Shown one piece after another: positions 1 to 9,204 of a DNA stretch of 64,000 nucleotides. The translations under genes were made by a program, and so were the position numbers. The stretch is from an uncultured virus (IMG/VR IMGVR_UViG_3300024500_000017). Lineage: Duplodnaviria; Heunggongvirae; Uroviricota; Caudoviricetes. Position 1 is the stretch's first letter. Each line of letters starts with the position of its first letter. The notes under the pieces are model-generated. The model was not told the origin of the DNA. It was given only the letters and a program-made list of their open reading frames with translations, and ran no database searches. The DNA lies in the IMG/VR virus record IMGVR_UViG_3300024500_000017, one strand, 5' to 3'.

Positions 1-314
1 TGATTTCTACTGAACTGTTTCCTCATGAGAATCACCCATACCGATTAGAGTTTGGTGAAAAGAAAAATCCTACGGTTTGTTATTTTTCTTGCGAAGAACA
101 CTTGCAAAAATATCTAGAAAGGTATAAACTGGATAGTAAGACCACAAAGATTGATTATCGTGATGAACCCCCTGTCCCCAGTAAAAAACACAAGAGAAGT
201 GTGGAACAAAAACCTAAACCAAAAGGTGACGGAAGTACAAGTGCAGTTCGCAAAAGAAAACCCAGCGTGGATTCCAATCGAAACACTACTCGCAATACAA
301 AGTCTAACAAATGA
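1..314 (+). CDS. hypothetical protein, 5'-truncated by the window edge
   Basis: The frame of ORF 102..314 stays open back to position 3 (ISTELFPHENHPYRLEF...); its basic C-terminal tail overlaps another ORF. Confidence 0.6.
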   Translation, partial: ISTELFPHENHPYRLEFGEKKNPTVCYFSCEEHLQKYLERYKLDSKTTKIDYRDEPPVPSKKHKRSVEQKPKPKGDGSTSAVRKRKPSVDSNRNTTRNTKSNK

Positions 315-327
315 TACAGGTAACTGA
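163..327 (+). CDS. small hypothetical protein (54 aa)
   Basis: Manually translated ATG..TGA: MNPLSPVKNTREVW...VTEVQVQFAKENPAWIPIETLLAIQ; below the ORF-track cutoff. Confidence 0.5.
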   Translation: MNPLSPVKNTREVWNKNLNQKVTEVQVQFAKENPAWIPIETLLAIQSLTNDTGN

Positions 328-594
328 AAATGAAGACGGATCTTTCGATATCTCCTGGGATGAGAATTCTCCTACGGAAAGTATTCTCAACACCTGGACT
401 GAAGACGACTTCACCAAAGCGATTATGGAACATCTTCAAAAACTGAAAGACGATGGATGATAAAACCAAACTCATTCTTGCTATGATGCAGATTGATAAT
501 CTTACTGAACTGCTAAAAGGAAATCAGTATCAAGACTTTCTATACAGTAAACTAATCTCCACACGAATTGAACTACAGAGGCAACTGAATCATT

Positions 595-813
595 ATGAGT
601 AAACAGTTTTATGACGACGATGCTTTTTATGTGGAGCAAAAAAGTTGGGGAACTTGGCAATCACATTATCCAGATGGTAAAGGTATTATTACCTCACTTA
701 CTGAAGAAGAATGTGTTAGAGCAACTCGTTGGTATTTGAAAGCAAAGCAAGACGGTGAGTTTGACAAATCACCTGATAAAACTTATGATTCAACTGTTGA
801 GGGAAAATTGTAA
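595..813 (+). CDS. hypothetical protein (72 aa); its 3' half is duplicated downstream of rmlB
   Basis: ORF track; repeat at 1846-1932. Confidence 0.75.
   Translation: MSKQFYDDDAFYVEQKSWGTWQSHYPDGKGIITSLTEEECVRATRWYLKAKQDGEFDKSPDKTYDSTVEGKL
700..786 (+). repeat. 87-bp direct repeat, copy 1
   Basis: ACTGAAGAAGAATGT...GCAACTCGTTGGTATTTGAAAGCAAA...GGTGAGTTTGACAAATCACC; about 10 mismatches to 1846-1932 by manual count. Confidence 0.95.
761..789 (+). promoter_or_regulatory. sigma70-type promoter upstream of rmlB
   Basis: TTGACA-17 nt-TATGAT. Confidence 0.75.
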
Positions 814-1842
814 GTGAATAAAAAAGTTTTAATTACTGGCGGTGCTGGATTTATTGCCCATCATTTGATTGGACAAATTTTAAAAACAACTGATTGGGAC
901 ATTGTAACACTTGATCGTCTTGATTATAGTGGAAACTTGAATCGTCTGCACGATTTGATGCTTTCATTTGATCCTGAAGTTCGCAAACGTGTCAAAGTAG
1001 TTCATCACGATCTCAAGGCAGAGCTTAATCCTTTGGTCCGTAGTGAAGTTGGAAATGTGGATTATATTCTACATCTTGCCGCTGGATCTCATGTTGATCG
1101 CAGTATTGAATATCCAATGGAGTTTGTTCTGGATAATGTTGTGGCAACCTGCAACATTCTGGAGTTTGCGCGTCTTCAAAAAGATAATCTGGAACGCTTT
1201 GTGTATTTCAGCACGGATGAAGTATTTGGTCCTGCACCGAATGGTATCAAGTACAAGGAGAATGATCGGTACAACTCCACTAATCCTTACAGTGCAACCA
1301 AAGCAGGTGGTGAAGAACTTGCAGTTGCCTATGAGAACACCTATGGTCTTCCGATTTACATTACTCATACGATGAATGTGTTTGGGGAGCGTCAACATCC
1401 TGAGAAGTACATTCCAATGTGTATCAAACGCATTCGTGATGGTGAGACTGTGACGATTCATAGTGACAAGACCTGTACCATTCCTGGTTCCCGTCATTAT
1501 ATTCACGCTGAAGATGTTGCTGATGCCATTCTGTTCCTTCTGAATTATCAAGGAACATTTGAACCAACTTGGGGTGGTGCAAAGTGCTCCAAATTTAACA
1601 TTGTTGGTTCTGAAGAACTGAATAATCTTGAACTCGCTCAGATTATTGCAGAAGCACAGGGTAAAGAACTGAAGTATGAATTGCTAGACTTCCATTCTTC
1701 CCGTCCAGGGCACGATTTGCGTTATGCTCTGGATGGTGATAAAATGAAAAAACTGGGATGGGTGCCCGCAAAATCTGTACGGGAACGCATCGCAGAAGTA
1801 ACAAAATGGACTCTTATTAACAAACGCTGGATTACTCTATGA
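814..1842 (+). CDS. rmlB: dTDP-glucose 4,6-dehydratase-like NAD-dependent epimerase/dehydratase (extended SDR)
   Basis: TGGAGFIA Rossmann motif, HLAAGSHVDRS, STDEVFG, YSATK (YxxxK), RPGHDLRY. Confidence 0.9.
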   Translation: MNKKVLITGGAGFIAHHLIGQILKTTDWDIVTLDRLDYSGNLNRLHDLMLSFDPEVRKRVKVVHHDLKAELNPLVRSEVGNVDYILHLAAGSHVDRSIEYPMEFVLDNVVATCNILEFARLQKDNLERFVYFSTDEVFGPAPNGIKYKENDRYNSTNPYSATKAGGEELAVAYENTYGLPIYITHTMNVFGERQHPEKYIPMCIKRIRDGETVTIHSDKTCTIPGSRHYIHAEDVADAILFLLNYQGTFEPTWGGAKCSKFNIVGSEELNNLELAQIIAEAQGKELKYELLDFHSSRPGHDLRYALDGDKMKKLGWVPAKSVRERIAEVTKWTLINKRWITL

Positions 1843-1959
1843 CTAACTGAAGAAGAATGTATAAAGGCAACTCGTTGGTATTTGAAAGCAAAACAAGAAG
1901 GTGAGTTTGACAAATCACCCGAAAAGACCTATTCTACAAAAGATAACTATAAACTCTAA
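1843..1959 (+). pseudogene. start-less 3' remnant of the 595..813 gene (repeat copy 2, 1846-1932)
   Basis: Reads LTEEECIKATRWYLKAKQEGEFDKSPEKTYSTKDNYKL* versus LTEEECVRATRWYLKAKQDGEFDKSPDKTYDSTVEGKL*. Confidence 0.85.
1907..1935 (+). promoter_or_regulatory. sigma70-type promoter inside the remnant
   Basis: TTGACA-17 nt-TATTCT, upstream of ATG at 1961. Confidence 0.7.
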
Positions 1960-1960
1960 T

Positions 1961-3143
1961 ATGACTCAAAGAACTTTTACAACAAAATCAGGTACAACTT
2001 TTGAGTGGAGTGAAACACCAGAAACTGTAAAAGCAGTTCAAGAACTTGCAAAGTTTGCTGGTAACTATTCTGGTCCTTTGTATGCACCACATCCTGATTT
2101 GAAAAATGAACAATAAACCACTGACGCCTGAAGAAGTACAGCAAGCAGCAGAACAATTCTTTCCTTTGTTTCGCATTGTTAATAGTCGTATGCCTACAAA
2201 TGCCACAACAGAAGACACGCTCAAGGTAATGGAAACGGTCTGTAATCTTGCACACAAACTTCGTGCAGAAGAAGAGAAGATTAAATTTGGATTTAATAAA
2301 AATGAAAGTACGATTGAATCCTAATCAACAGTTTTGGGCTAACATCTTTAAATGTGCTGTAGAAAGGTCTAACATTTACTTTCAAGATAAAGACCTTGAT
2401 AGGCACGCGAGAGAGCATACAACTGTCGTATTAGCGTTACAAAAAGGAGAACAATTTTGGAAAGAACTGCTGTAGAATATCCCTATCATGTTTTTGATAA
2501 GACTACTCCTTGGTATGAGTGGTTGTGTTACTGCGAAATCTGCCACCAATTAAATGCTCCAGGACAACCATCTCTGGGGCGTTTTATGTCATATAGGCGT
2601 TACTTAAAATCTGTCGGACTTCTTGATAATGATTAGAAAATTTATTGAATGGTTTTTTGCATCAACAGAAAAATTTTCTGTTGAAGATGATGTTTATTCA
2701 AAGTTACTTGAACTTGAATTGAGAATTGAAGCACTTGAAGCGGAAAGTGTAGAGAATAGCAATTGCTTTTATGAACTCTCTAATTCTATTGATGCAGTTG
2801 ATGCACGCATAGATATTCTAACTCTTGAGAACTGGAACAAGAAAAATGTATGAACTAGACGATTTTGAAAAAGCATTAGCACACTTTGGTACAAGAGTTG
2901 ATGTTATCATTGCAATGGAAATGGGAGGCAAATTAGATGCTGATGCTGCTTACAAAAATATTAAAATGGAACTCAAAGAACTCAAGCGAATCCGAAAGTC
3001 CCTCAAGAAAGACAAGGATCTGTGATAAATGTGGTGTGGAAAAACCACTTGACAAAGACCACTATCAGGTGGTAAAATACTTCCGCGATGGTTTCTCTTA
3101 CTATTGCCACGATTGCTCTAAACCCAAACCAAGAAATGACTGA
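1961..3143 (+). other. run of small overlapping hypothetical ORFs (1961-2116, 2106-2324, ~2302-2475, 2623-2853, ~2846-3025, CxxC..CxxC ORF ending 3143)
   Basis: ORF track; head-to-tail overlaps typical of phage early operons. Confidence 0.6.
3049..3078 (+). promoter_or_regulatory. sigma70-type promoter
   Basis: TTGACA-18 nt-TAAAAT with extended TG. Confidence 0.55.
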
Positions 3144-3711
3144 TTACAAAAAGTATTCACTTGAAAATCTAGAAAATTGGCTTTATGATGCAATGTCTGC
3201 AGGTGAAGCAACACCACAGGAGATTTATGATGTTATTGTCGGTGTAGTTAAAGAAAACTACTACACATATAAACAAAAAACATCTGAGGCTTATGAACTC
3301 CTTGCACTGTTAAATGGTAATGGTGGTTGGACATATAAAGAGGTGATGAGTGAAAAAGAATACTATGAAGGATCATATGATCCAGACAAAATTCTTTCTT
3401 GTGATAAAGATGACCCTTCACCAGAATGTATGAAATCTTGGAATGATTTTTGGGAAGATGTTAATAATTGGTCAGAAGAATCTAAACTTCATATAACTGA
3501 AGATGGAGACATTTATCCAGTGAGAGATAAAGTTGTAAAGTGGCAACTTCCTGTTGAAGAATGTAAAGATGCTGATACCGATAAAACAGAATACTTTATC
3601 AGTTTCCCTGATGACTTGTTAGAAGCAGCAAACCTGAAAGAGGGTGACCAAATTGAATGGATTGATCGTGGTGATGGTAGTTTTGAATTGCGTAAAGTGA
3701 GTGTGGGGTAA
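3136..3711 (+). CDS. protein with C-terminal AbrB/MazE-like DNA-binding domain
   Basis: C-terminal YFISFPDDLLEAANLKEGDQIEWIDRGDGSFELRKV fits the swapped-hairpin pattern; likely ATG at 3136. Confidence 0.65.
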   Translation: MTDYKKYSLENLENWLYDAMSAGEATPQEIYDVIVGVVKENYYTYKQKTSEAYELLALLNGNGGWTYKEVMSEKEYYEGSYDPDKILSCDKDDPSPECMKSWNDFWEDVNNWSEESKLHITEDGDIYPVRDKVVKWQLPVEECKDADTDKTEYFISFPDDLLEAANLKEGDQIEWIDRGDGSFELRKVSVG

Positions 3712-3876
3712 TGTTACTTCCGCAGTTGGTAATGTATTGTTTAAATGGATTGTTAATGTCAACTGGAAATATATGTACCATTGACCAACCTAACCCACCT
3801 ACGATAAAATACTATGAACCAGGGAAGTCCTGTTATGTCAACGGAACTTTTTATACTAAATGTGAGGATCGATTAA

Positions 3877-4107
3877 ATGGCACTAAGTGAATCAGTAGAA
3901 GAAAGTTTGAAAGAAGCAGAAGGTAATCTCCGAAATGCTTTAGCATATGCTGCAAGACAAGAGAAACCCTTTGTTTCTCGTGAAATTTCGGAAATTATTT
4001 GTCGTATTGATAGTTTAATTAAAACAGATCAACTTCTTGATAAACTTGAAGATCGAATGAAAGGTTTGGGTGATGATAAAGGTTCTTTCGGAACTTTCTT
4101 CAGTTAA
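3877..4107 (+). CDS. hypothetical protein (76 aa)
   Basis: ORF track; GAGGA upstream. Confidence 0.75.
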   Translation: MALSESVEESLKEAEGNLRNALAYAARQEKPFVSREISEIICRIDSLIKTDQLLDKLEDRMKGLGDDKGSFGTFFS

Positions 4108-4196
4108 GAACTGTTAATCAATCCCAAAGAGATTGTTAAGTTACTAGATATTTTATAGGGATATGCTAACATATCGAAGTATTCGGGAGCAAAATT

Positions 4197-4361
4197 ATGA
4201 CTCTTTCATCAGGAAAACAAGAAAAACTTACTGATGCAGAATGGAATGAAATGACAGCACTTAAAAATGCTATCAATGAAAGACCTGCTGCTGTTGTTCC
4301 TGAAAAAATGGAAGAGTTTACTGAATATCTTGTGCGAAGTTTGAGAGAAAAGGGTGGTTGA
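4197..4361 (+). CDS. small hypothetical protein (54 aa)
   Basis: GGGAG RBS; MTLSSGKQEKLTDAEWNEMTALKNAINERPAAVVPEKMEEFTEYLVRSLREKGG; followed by a terminator. Confidence 0.7.
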   Translation: MTLSSGKQEKLTDAEWNEMTALKNAINERPAAVVPEKMEEFTEYLVRSLREKGG

Positions 4362-4364
4362 TAG

Positions 4365-4392
4365 AGAGGGTCAGAAATGACCCTCTTTTTTT
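4365..4392 (+). terminator. rho-independent terminator
   Basis: AGAGGGTCA-GAAA-TGACCCTCT followed by a T-run. Confidence 0.9.
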
Positions 4393-4413
4393 CTAAATAC
4401 TTGAAAAAGTATT

Positions 4414-6093
4414 ATGGCGTCACAAACTACACCAAGAGAAGCACTAACTTGTCTTGCATTTAGTTACTTTGCAGATGGAAATACTGATTTGCAGGAGTTT
4501 AGCAATATCGTTTATGATTATTATTTCAATAATAATGATACTGAAGTAAGAAAACTTTCCAATCATTTACCAAATTCCTTTAATTTTAGAAGAATACAAG
4601 AATTTCATAAAGATTCTAAAACAGGAATTTTAAAAAAAGAAGATGCACTTAACAAAGATGGCAAATATCCAATTGGTCAACACAAAAAAGATTTTCCAAA
4701 CGGAACCTTGTTAAGATCTGAAACTGGAGAACCTACAAAATTAGATGGTGAAATTAAGTCGGCATACCTTAGTGCAGCAAAATTAAAACAATCTAACATT
4801 ATTGGAAATTTATCTCAATACATGTTTTTTGATCAGAGCACAGATTTTATGCAAATTGTGAAAGATGATGCTCTGACAAAAACTTTAAATTCTTTAGATT
4901 TGCCAGATAGTGTTGGTTCTGATATTTTATCATCTGTTGATGTAATCGCAGTAAAAAAAAGTAAAGTAAATGATATTCTAAAAGAATTTAAAGATAACAT
5001 TACTGATTCAAGTGTCACAACAATGGATATCTTGAATAATCTTGCTTGGGGAAATAGAGGTAGAAATACTTTTAGAACTTTAACAAACAAGTATTTTGCT
5101 TCAAAGGATATGGTTGGCATTTCTTTGAAGAAAACAAGTGCATCAAAAGCAGATATTTCAATAGTTGGTACAGTTTCTGGTGCTCAGGGATTTGAAATAT
5201 ATTTGGACCCATATACTGAATTTCTTGCAAGAGCATCGTCAATGAATAGAAAGGAACTATATGACTTAATCAGTGAAATGGTGGAAATAGAAGATATTGA
5301 TGATGACAAAATTGCGGATGGTAGAACTTATTTCAGTGTAATTTACACTTTAAACTACAAAAAAGTTGACATTACAGATAAGTTGGCAAAATTTGATTTG
5401 CAAATTGGACGAACGGGTTTTAATGCAAAACCTTTCGGTAAAGGTGCATTTGTTGGTGGTGCTTCATATACGGTATCTGATGTAATAATGAAAAAATATT
5501 CAAAATATAATTCTATGATTGTAGAAATTATTTCAATTAGAAATAAAGCATTTGATTTTGCGATCAACAAAAGAAACATTCCTCAAAAGATAAGAAATGA
5601 TTATAATAGTGCTTTGAGAGAAATTCGTAAGAGAGAATTAGTATTATATGATGATGCTTCAAATAAAATTATAAAAGGTTTTTGTGCAGAATATGATACT
5701 TTAACCAGTAATCCAAAAGATTCCTTTCAAGAATATAGAATAGCAGTATCTAAGTTGTGTAAAAACAAATCATTGACAAGTCCTCATGGAAAACTTGCAA
5801 CTCTTGATAAAAATTCAATGTTAAAAAATAAAATGGGTATTTTGCATAATGATTATGTCCATGCTCAAGGATTGTGGATTTATACTAGAAATGATAGAGA
5901 TATACAAAATTTTCTGAAAAAACAAATTACGCTGTCTCTTTATGGATTGTTTGCAAAGAAAGGTGCTAAGGTATTTCTTTCTGGAAACAAAAGTATGCTT
6001 ATTGAAGATGCTTTTGTTAAAGAGTTCAAAACAAAAAATAATAAAACAAAACTTGCAAAGGTCGCAACTGCACCATATGTGCTAATTGATTAA
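4414..6093 (+). CDS. 559-aa AT-rich protein, possible PD-(D/E)xK nuclease-like
   Basis: Long ORF; SVDVIAV...MVGISLKK resembles a D..(E/S)xK nuclease core; late-promoter-like TCTAAATA at 4392-4399. Confidence 0.55.
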   Translation: MASQTTPREALTCLAFSYFADGNTDLQEFSNIVYDYYFNNNDTEVRKLSNHLPNSFNFRRIQEFHKDSKTGILKKEDALNKDGKYPIGQHKKDFPNGTLLRSETGEPTKLDGEIKSAYLSAAKLKQSNIIGNLSQYMFFDQSTDFMQIVKDDALTKTLNSLDLPDSVGSDILSSVDVIAVKKSKVNDILKEFKDNITDSSVTTMDILNNLAWGNRGRNTFRTLTNKYFASKDMVGISLKKTSASKADISIVGTVSGAQGFEIYLDPYTEFLARASSMNRKELYDLISEMVEIEDIDDDKIADGRTYFSVIYTLNYKKVDITDKLAKFDLQIGRTGFNAKPFGKGAFVGGASYTVSDVIMKKYSKYNSMIVEIISIRNKAFDFAINKRNIPQKIRNDYNSALREIRKRELVLYDDASNKIIKGFCAEYDTLTSNPKDSFQEYRIAVSKLCKNKSLTSPHGKLATLDKNSMLKNKMGILHNDYVHAQGLWIYTRNDRDIQNFLKKQITLSLYGLFAKKGAKVFLSGNKSMLIEDAFVKEFKTKNNKTKLAKVATAPYVLID

Positions 6094-6135
6094 CTGGCAC
6101 ACTGACTTGCCACAGCACCAGATTCCTGGTATGAT
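6079..6135 (+). promoter_or_regulatory. palindrome-promoter cassette 1
   Basis: GTGCTAATT-GATT-AACTGGCAC, then TTGCCA-17-TATGAT. Confidence 0.8.
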
Positions 6136-6156
6136 TACTTCATTGATTCTTAATTT

Positions 6157-7401
6157 ATGATTTCCTTTCGCGATCATCAGAATGAATGTCTTGATGCGAC
6201 TGAGATTCATCCTAAAGGTATTATCTGTGCAACGACAGGTGCAGGTAAGACTCTTGTGGGTATTGGTGACACAATAAGAGAATTTGAGAAAGAGACACCA
6301 CAAACTGTTGTGGTTGTTGCTCCTCGCATTTTGCTTGCGAATCAACTGTCTTCTGAGTATCTGGAGCATATTGATACAGTTGCTGTTCTTCATGTTCACT
6401 CTGGAGAAACGCATCATTTCAGCACCACTAAACCTGCAGAGATTCAGCACTGGGATCAGATAGTGAGAGTTGCATTTAATCCTGATGCTCCTAAGCACAA
6501 ACTGATCTTCACCACATATCATTCTCTTCATAAAATTATGGAGGCAGGTATCAAGGTGAATACAATTCACTTTGATGAAGCACATAACAGCGTGCAAAAG
6601 AACTTCTATGTTGCTACTGAATACTTCAGCAGGAAAGCGGATCGTTGTTATTTCTATACTGCAACTCCAAAGTATTCTTCCACTCCCAAGAAACCTGGGA
6701 TGAACAATACTCAGGTTTATGGTAACATCATTGCAAATGTTCCTGCTCCCCGTATGGTGAGAGAAGGATATATTATTCCTCCTAAGATTGTTGCTAAGCA
6801 AGTATCTTTGGACAGCAATAATGTATTTGAGCGTGACTGCAATCATCTTCTGGAAAGTATTGACGAAGCAGCAGTTTCTAAGGTGCTTGTGTGTGCCAAA
6901 GCAACCAAGCAAATCACCAATCTAATCTCACAAACTGGGTTCTGTCAGGAACTAGAAGATCGTGGATATTCTTGGATGGTCATTACATCTAAGACTGGTG
7001 CAATCATTGATGGTAAGAAGGTAAATCGTGAGGAGTTCTTTGAGATTCTTCATAAGTGGAGTTTGGATGATTCTAAGAAGTTTGTTTTGCTTCATTATTC
7101 TATTCTGTCCGAAGGTATCAATGTATCTGGACTTGAAGCAGTGATCTTTATGCGATCTATGGATGCTATTGGTATCTGTCAGACTATTGGACGGGTTGTG
7201 CGACTACATCATAAGGATGCTGCACGACTTCGCTCTGGAGACTTGACACCTGGACGGTTGGAGGACTACCATAAGTCGTATGGTCTGGTGATTATCCCGA
7301 CCTTCAACTCTGTGGGAATCTCCACCGCTAAAAAAATTCAGAATGTTGTTGACACTGTGTTTCAACAAGGTGAACCTGCTATTTCCACAATCAAACGCTG
7401 A
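6157..7401 (+). CDS. superfamily 2 DEAH helicase (ResIII-like)
   Basis: TGAGKT (I), DEAH (II), TAT (III), LSEGINV (V), QTIGRVVR (VI). Confidence 0.9.
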   Translation: MISFRDHQNECLDATEIHPKGIICATTGAGKTLVGIGDTIREFEKETPQTVVVVAPRILLANQLSSEYLEHIDTVAVLHVHSGETHHFSTTKPAEIQHWDQIVRVAFNPDAPKHKLIFTTYHSLHKIMEAGIKVNTIHFDEAHNSVQKNFYVATEYFSRKADRCYFYTATPKYSSTPKKPGMNNTQVYGNIIANVPAPRMVREGYIIPPKIVAKQVSLDSNNVFERDCNHLLESIDEAAVSKVLVCAKATKQITNLISQTGFCQELEDRGYSWMVITSKTGAIIDGKKVNREEFFEILHKWSLDDSKKFVLLHYSILSEGINVSGLEAVIFMRSMDAIGICQTIGRVVRLHHKDAARLRSGDLTPGRLEDYHKSYGLVIIPTFNSVGISTAKKIQNVVDTVFQQGEPAISTIKR

Positions 7402-7403
7402 TT

Positions 7404-7916
7404 ATGATTGATTTCAACACATTTGAACTAGATCGCCTTTCTAAACTCTTGTGGAGTTTGAGAGACTATACCACAAATAATCTTCGCTTTCCCAAAGCAG
7501 GGGAACTTGTGGAGATTGCATATGATGTTTATAGCAAAGGACAACTCAAGAGAGTTAATCTACCTGGAGTAGATTTGATTGGCACTGATGGATGCACTTA
7601 TGAATCAAAAGTCATTCAATTCAAGAATGTGTCAAAAATGGCAGTGCGTGGTGTAATCCTGAAGAATAGTCGCGCCAGCAGTTCTGTCAACGAAAAACTT
7701 GCCGATTTCTTTATCTTTACTGATGTAAAACTTGGGAAAGCGTGCTGTGTTCCTTCAAATATGATCTACAACACTAAGTTTACTGGTGCTGTTCTTACTG
7801 GAAGTTGTAATCCAAATCAGGATCATTTTTTCCTTCACGGATACCAGGATCAGTATGAAAAAGACTACTTTGCAGAAGCAGAAGAGTTTGATTACGAGTA
7901 TGTAAAGAGTTTTTAA
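7404..7916 (+). CDS. putative PD-(D/E)xK nuclease
   Basis: GELVE...GVDL...YESK arrangement. Confidence 0.6.
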   Translation: MIDFNTFELDRLSKLLWSLRDYTTNNLRFPKAGELVEIAYDVYSKGQLKRVNLPGVDLIGTDGCTYESKVIQFKNVSKMAVRGVILKNSRASSSVNEKLADFFIFTDVKLGKACCVPSNMIYNTKFTGAVLTGSCNPNQDHFFLHGYQDQYEKDYFAEAEEFDYEYVKSF

Positions 7917-7932
7917 GATCCCAAAATGGGGC

Positions 7933-7961
7933 TTGACATCCCCACCCAAAGTTGTTAATCT
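7933..7961 (+). promoter_or_regulatory. sigma70-type promoter
   Basis: TTGACA-17-TAATCT. Confidence 0.6.
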
Positions 7962-8026
7962 TGTCTCGTTGGTCAGAACTTCTGTTCATAGCATCGACAC
8001 TCAAAGCAAATTGCTAACTTTTAATT

Positions 8027-9028
8027 ATGACTCAAATTGTTCCTTTTTTCCAGTCTAATGTGACTTCTTGGGATGCTCTTCTGAGCAATCCTACTTTTGA
8101 CTCTCTTGACATTCCTGAATTTGAATGTGCTGAATTTGATGATATTCAAATTCTTAAGTGGAATCAACTTCAAATTCAACAACAAAAAAATAAAGCACGA
8201 GCAGGTGGTGTTGATACTGATAATATCAACGGTCTCATTGCAGAGTTTCAAAAAGGTTATCGCGTAACCGAACTTCCTCCTGTTGTGATGATTCTTCCCA
8301 ATGGTAAAAAGCAACTTTGGGATGGATACAATCGTAGCAACGCTGCATATAAACTTGGTATTCAAGATTATCCCTTTCTTGTATATCGACTCAAAAAAGA
8401 TTGGGAAGATCGTATTGAAGATGCCTATGATATGGTGTCTCTTGGTTCTAACAATCACACAGTTGCAAAGCGACATACTATCAATGATTTTGTGAATCGT
8501 GGCGTGTGCTACTGCAAGCGTCACGGTAGTAATCTTTCAAAGAAAGAAATCAAAAATTGGATTGAAAGTATTGATCACTCTTTTACAGCAAAGCAAGTTG
8601 AAGATGCCGTAAATCGAATCTATCAACAAACCACAATCGCTGTCAACATTCTCCCATTCCCTTACCCACAAAACGCACAGTCTAAAGTTGCTGAAATTGT
8701 AGATACTGATTCTTCTACAAATCCTGTTGTGATTTGTTGTAAAGATGTAATGTATGTGAAGCGTGGTTTCATCCAAATTATGGAAAACTTTGTCCAAAGG
8801 GACATTGAGATGACTGATGTTGTGACTTATACTAAAGGTTGTGAAACTGCAGAAGAAGTTACCAAACAACGACAGTTCGCAGTTGATTATCTCAAAAAAC
8901 TTGATGATCTTGTTGTTCAATATGTTGTTAAGCGTATGAGTAATCAATCTTCTGCATATTCGATTGCAGGTGCTCTTCCCCAACTGATTGGTGTGGAAGA
9001 TCCTCAATCTCTTGTTGAAATTAACTGA
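8027..9028 (+). CDS. ParB/Srx-like N-terminal domain protein
   Basis: PPVVM...QLWDGYNRSNA resembles the ParB/Srx DGxHR motif. Confidence 0.55.
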   Translation: MTQIVPFFQSNVTSWDALLSNPTFDSLDIPEFECAEFDDIQILKWNQLQIQQQKNKARAGGVDTDNINGLIAEFQKGYRVTELPPVVMILPNGKKQLWDGYNRSNAAYKLGIQDYPFLVYRLKKDWEDRIEDAYDMVSLGSNNHTVAKRHTINDFVNRGVCYCKRHGSNLSKKEIKNWIESIDHSFTAKQVEDAVNRIYQQTTIAVNILPFPYPQNAQSKVAEIVDTDSSTNPVVICCKDVMYVKRGFIQIMENFVQRDIEMTDVVTYTKGCETAEEVTKQRQFAVDYLKKLDDLVVQYVVKRMSNQSSAYSIAGALPQLIGVEDPQSLVEIN

Positions 9029-9204
9029 TGGAGGGATTTATTGTAGGTAAAGGTGAGTATGCGGCAGTGCCATTTGGTAAAAAAGGATATATAATTATCC
9101 ATAACGGTCAGCAATTAGAAAAAATCTGCAGAACAGAATCATCTGCACGAAAGTATATTGCTGATCATAAGAAAGGAAAATCTGTAGCAAAGTTACCAAT
9201 ATGA
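9028..9204 (+). CDS. small hypothetical protein (58 aa)
   Basis: MEGFIVGKGEYAAVPFGKKGYIIIHNGQQL...; TGATG and ATGA overlaps with both neighbours. Confidence 0.6.
   Translation: MEGFIVGKGEYAAVPFGKKGYIIIHNGQQLEKICRTESSARKYIADHKKGKSVAKLPI

Noticed and set aside
4103..4140. Three GTTAA motifs as a Pho box or HLR1 site upstream of the 54-aa ORF
   Set aside because: Spacings of 10 and 22 nt and a weak match; not distinguishable from chance in AT-rich DNA
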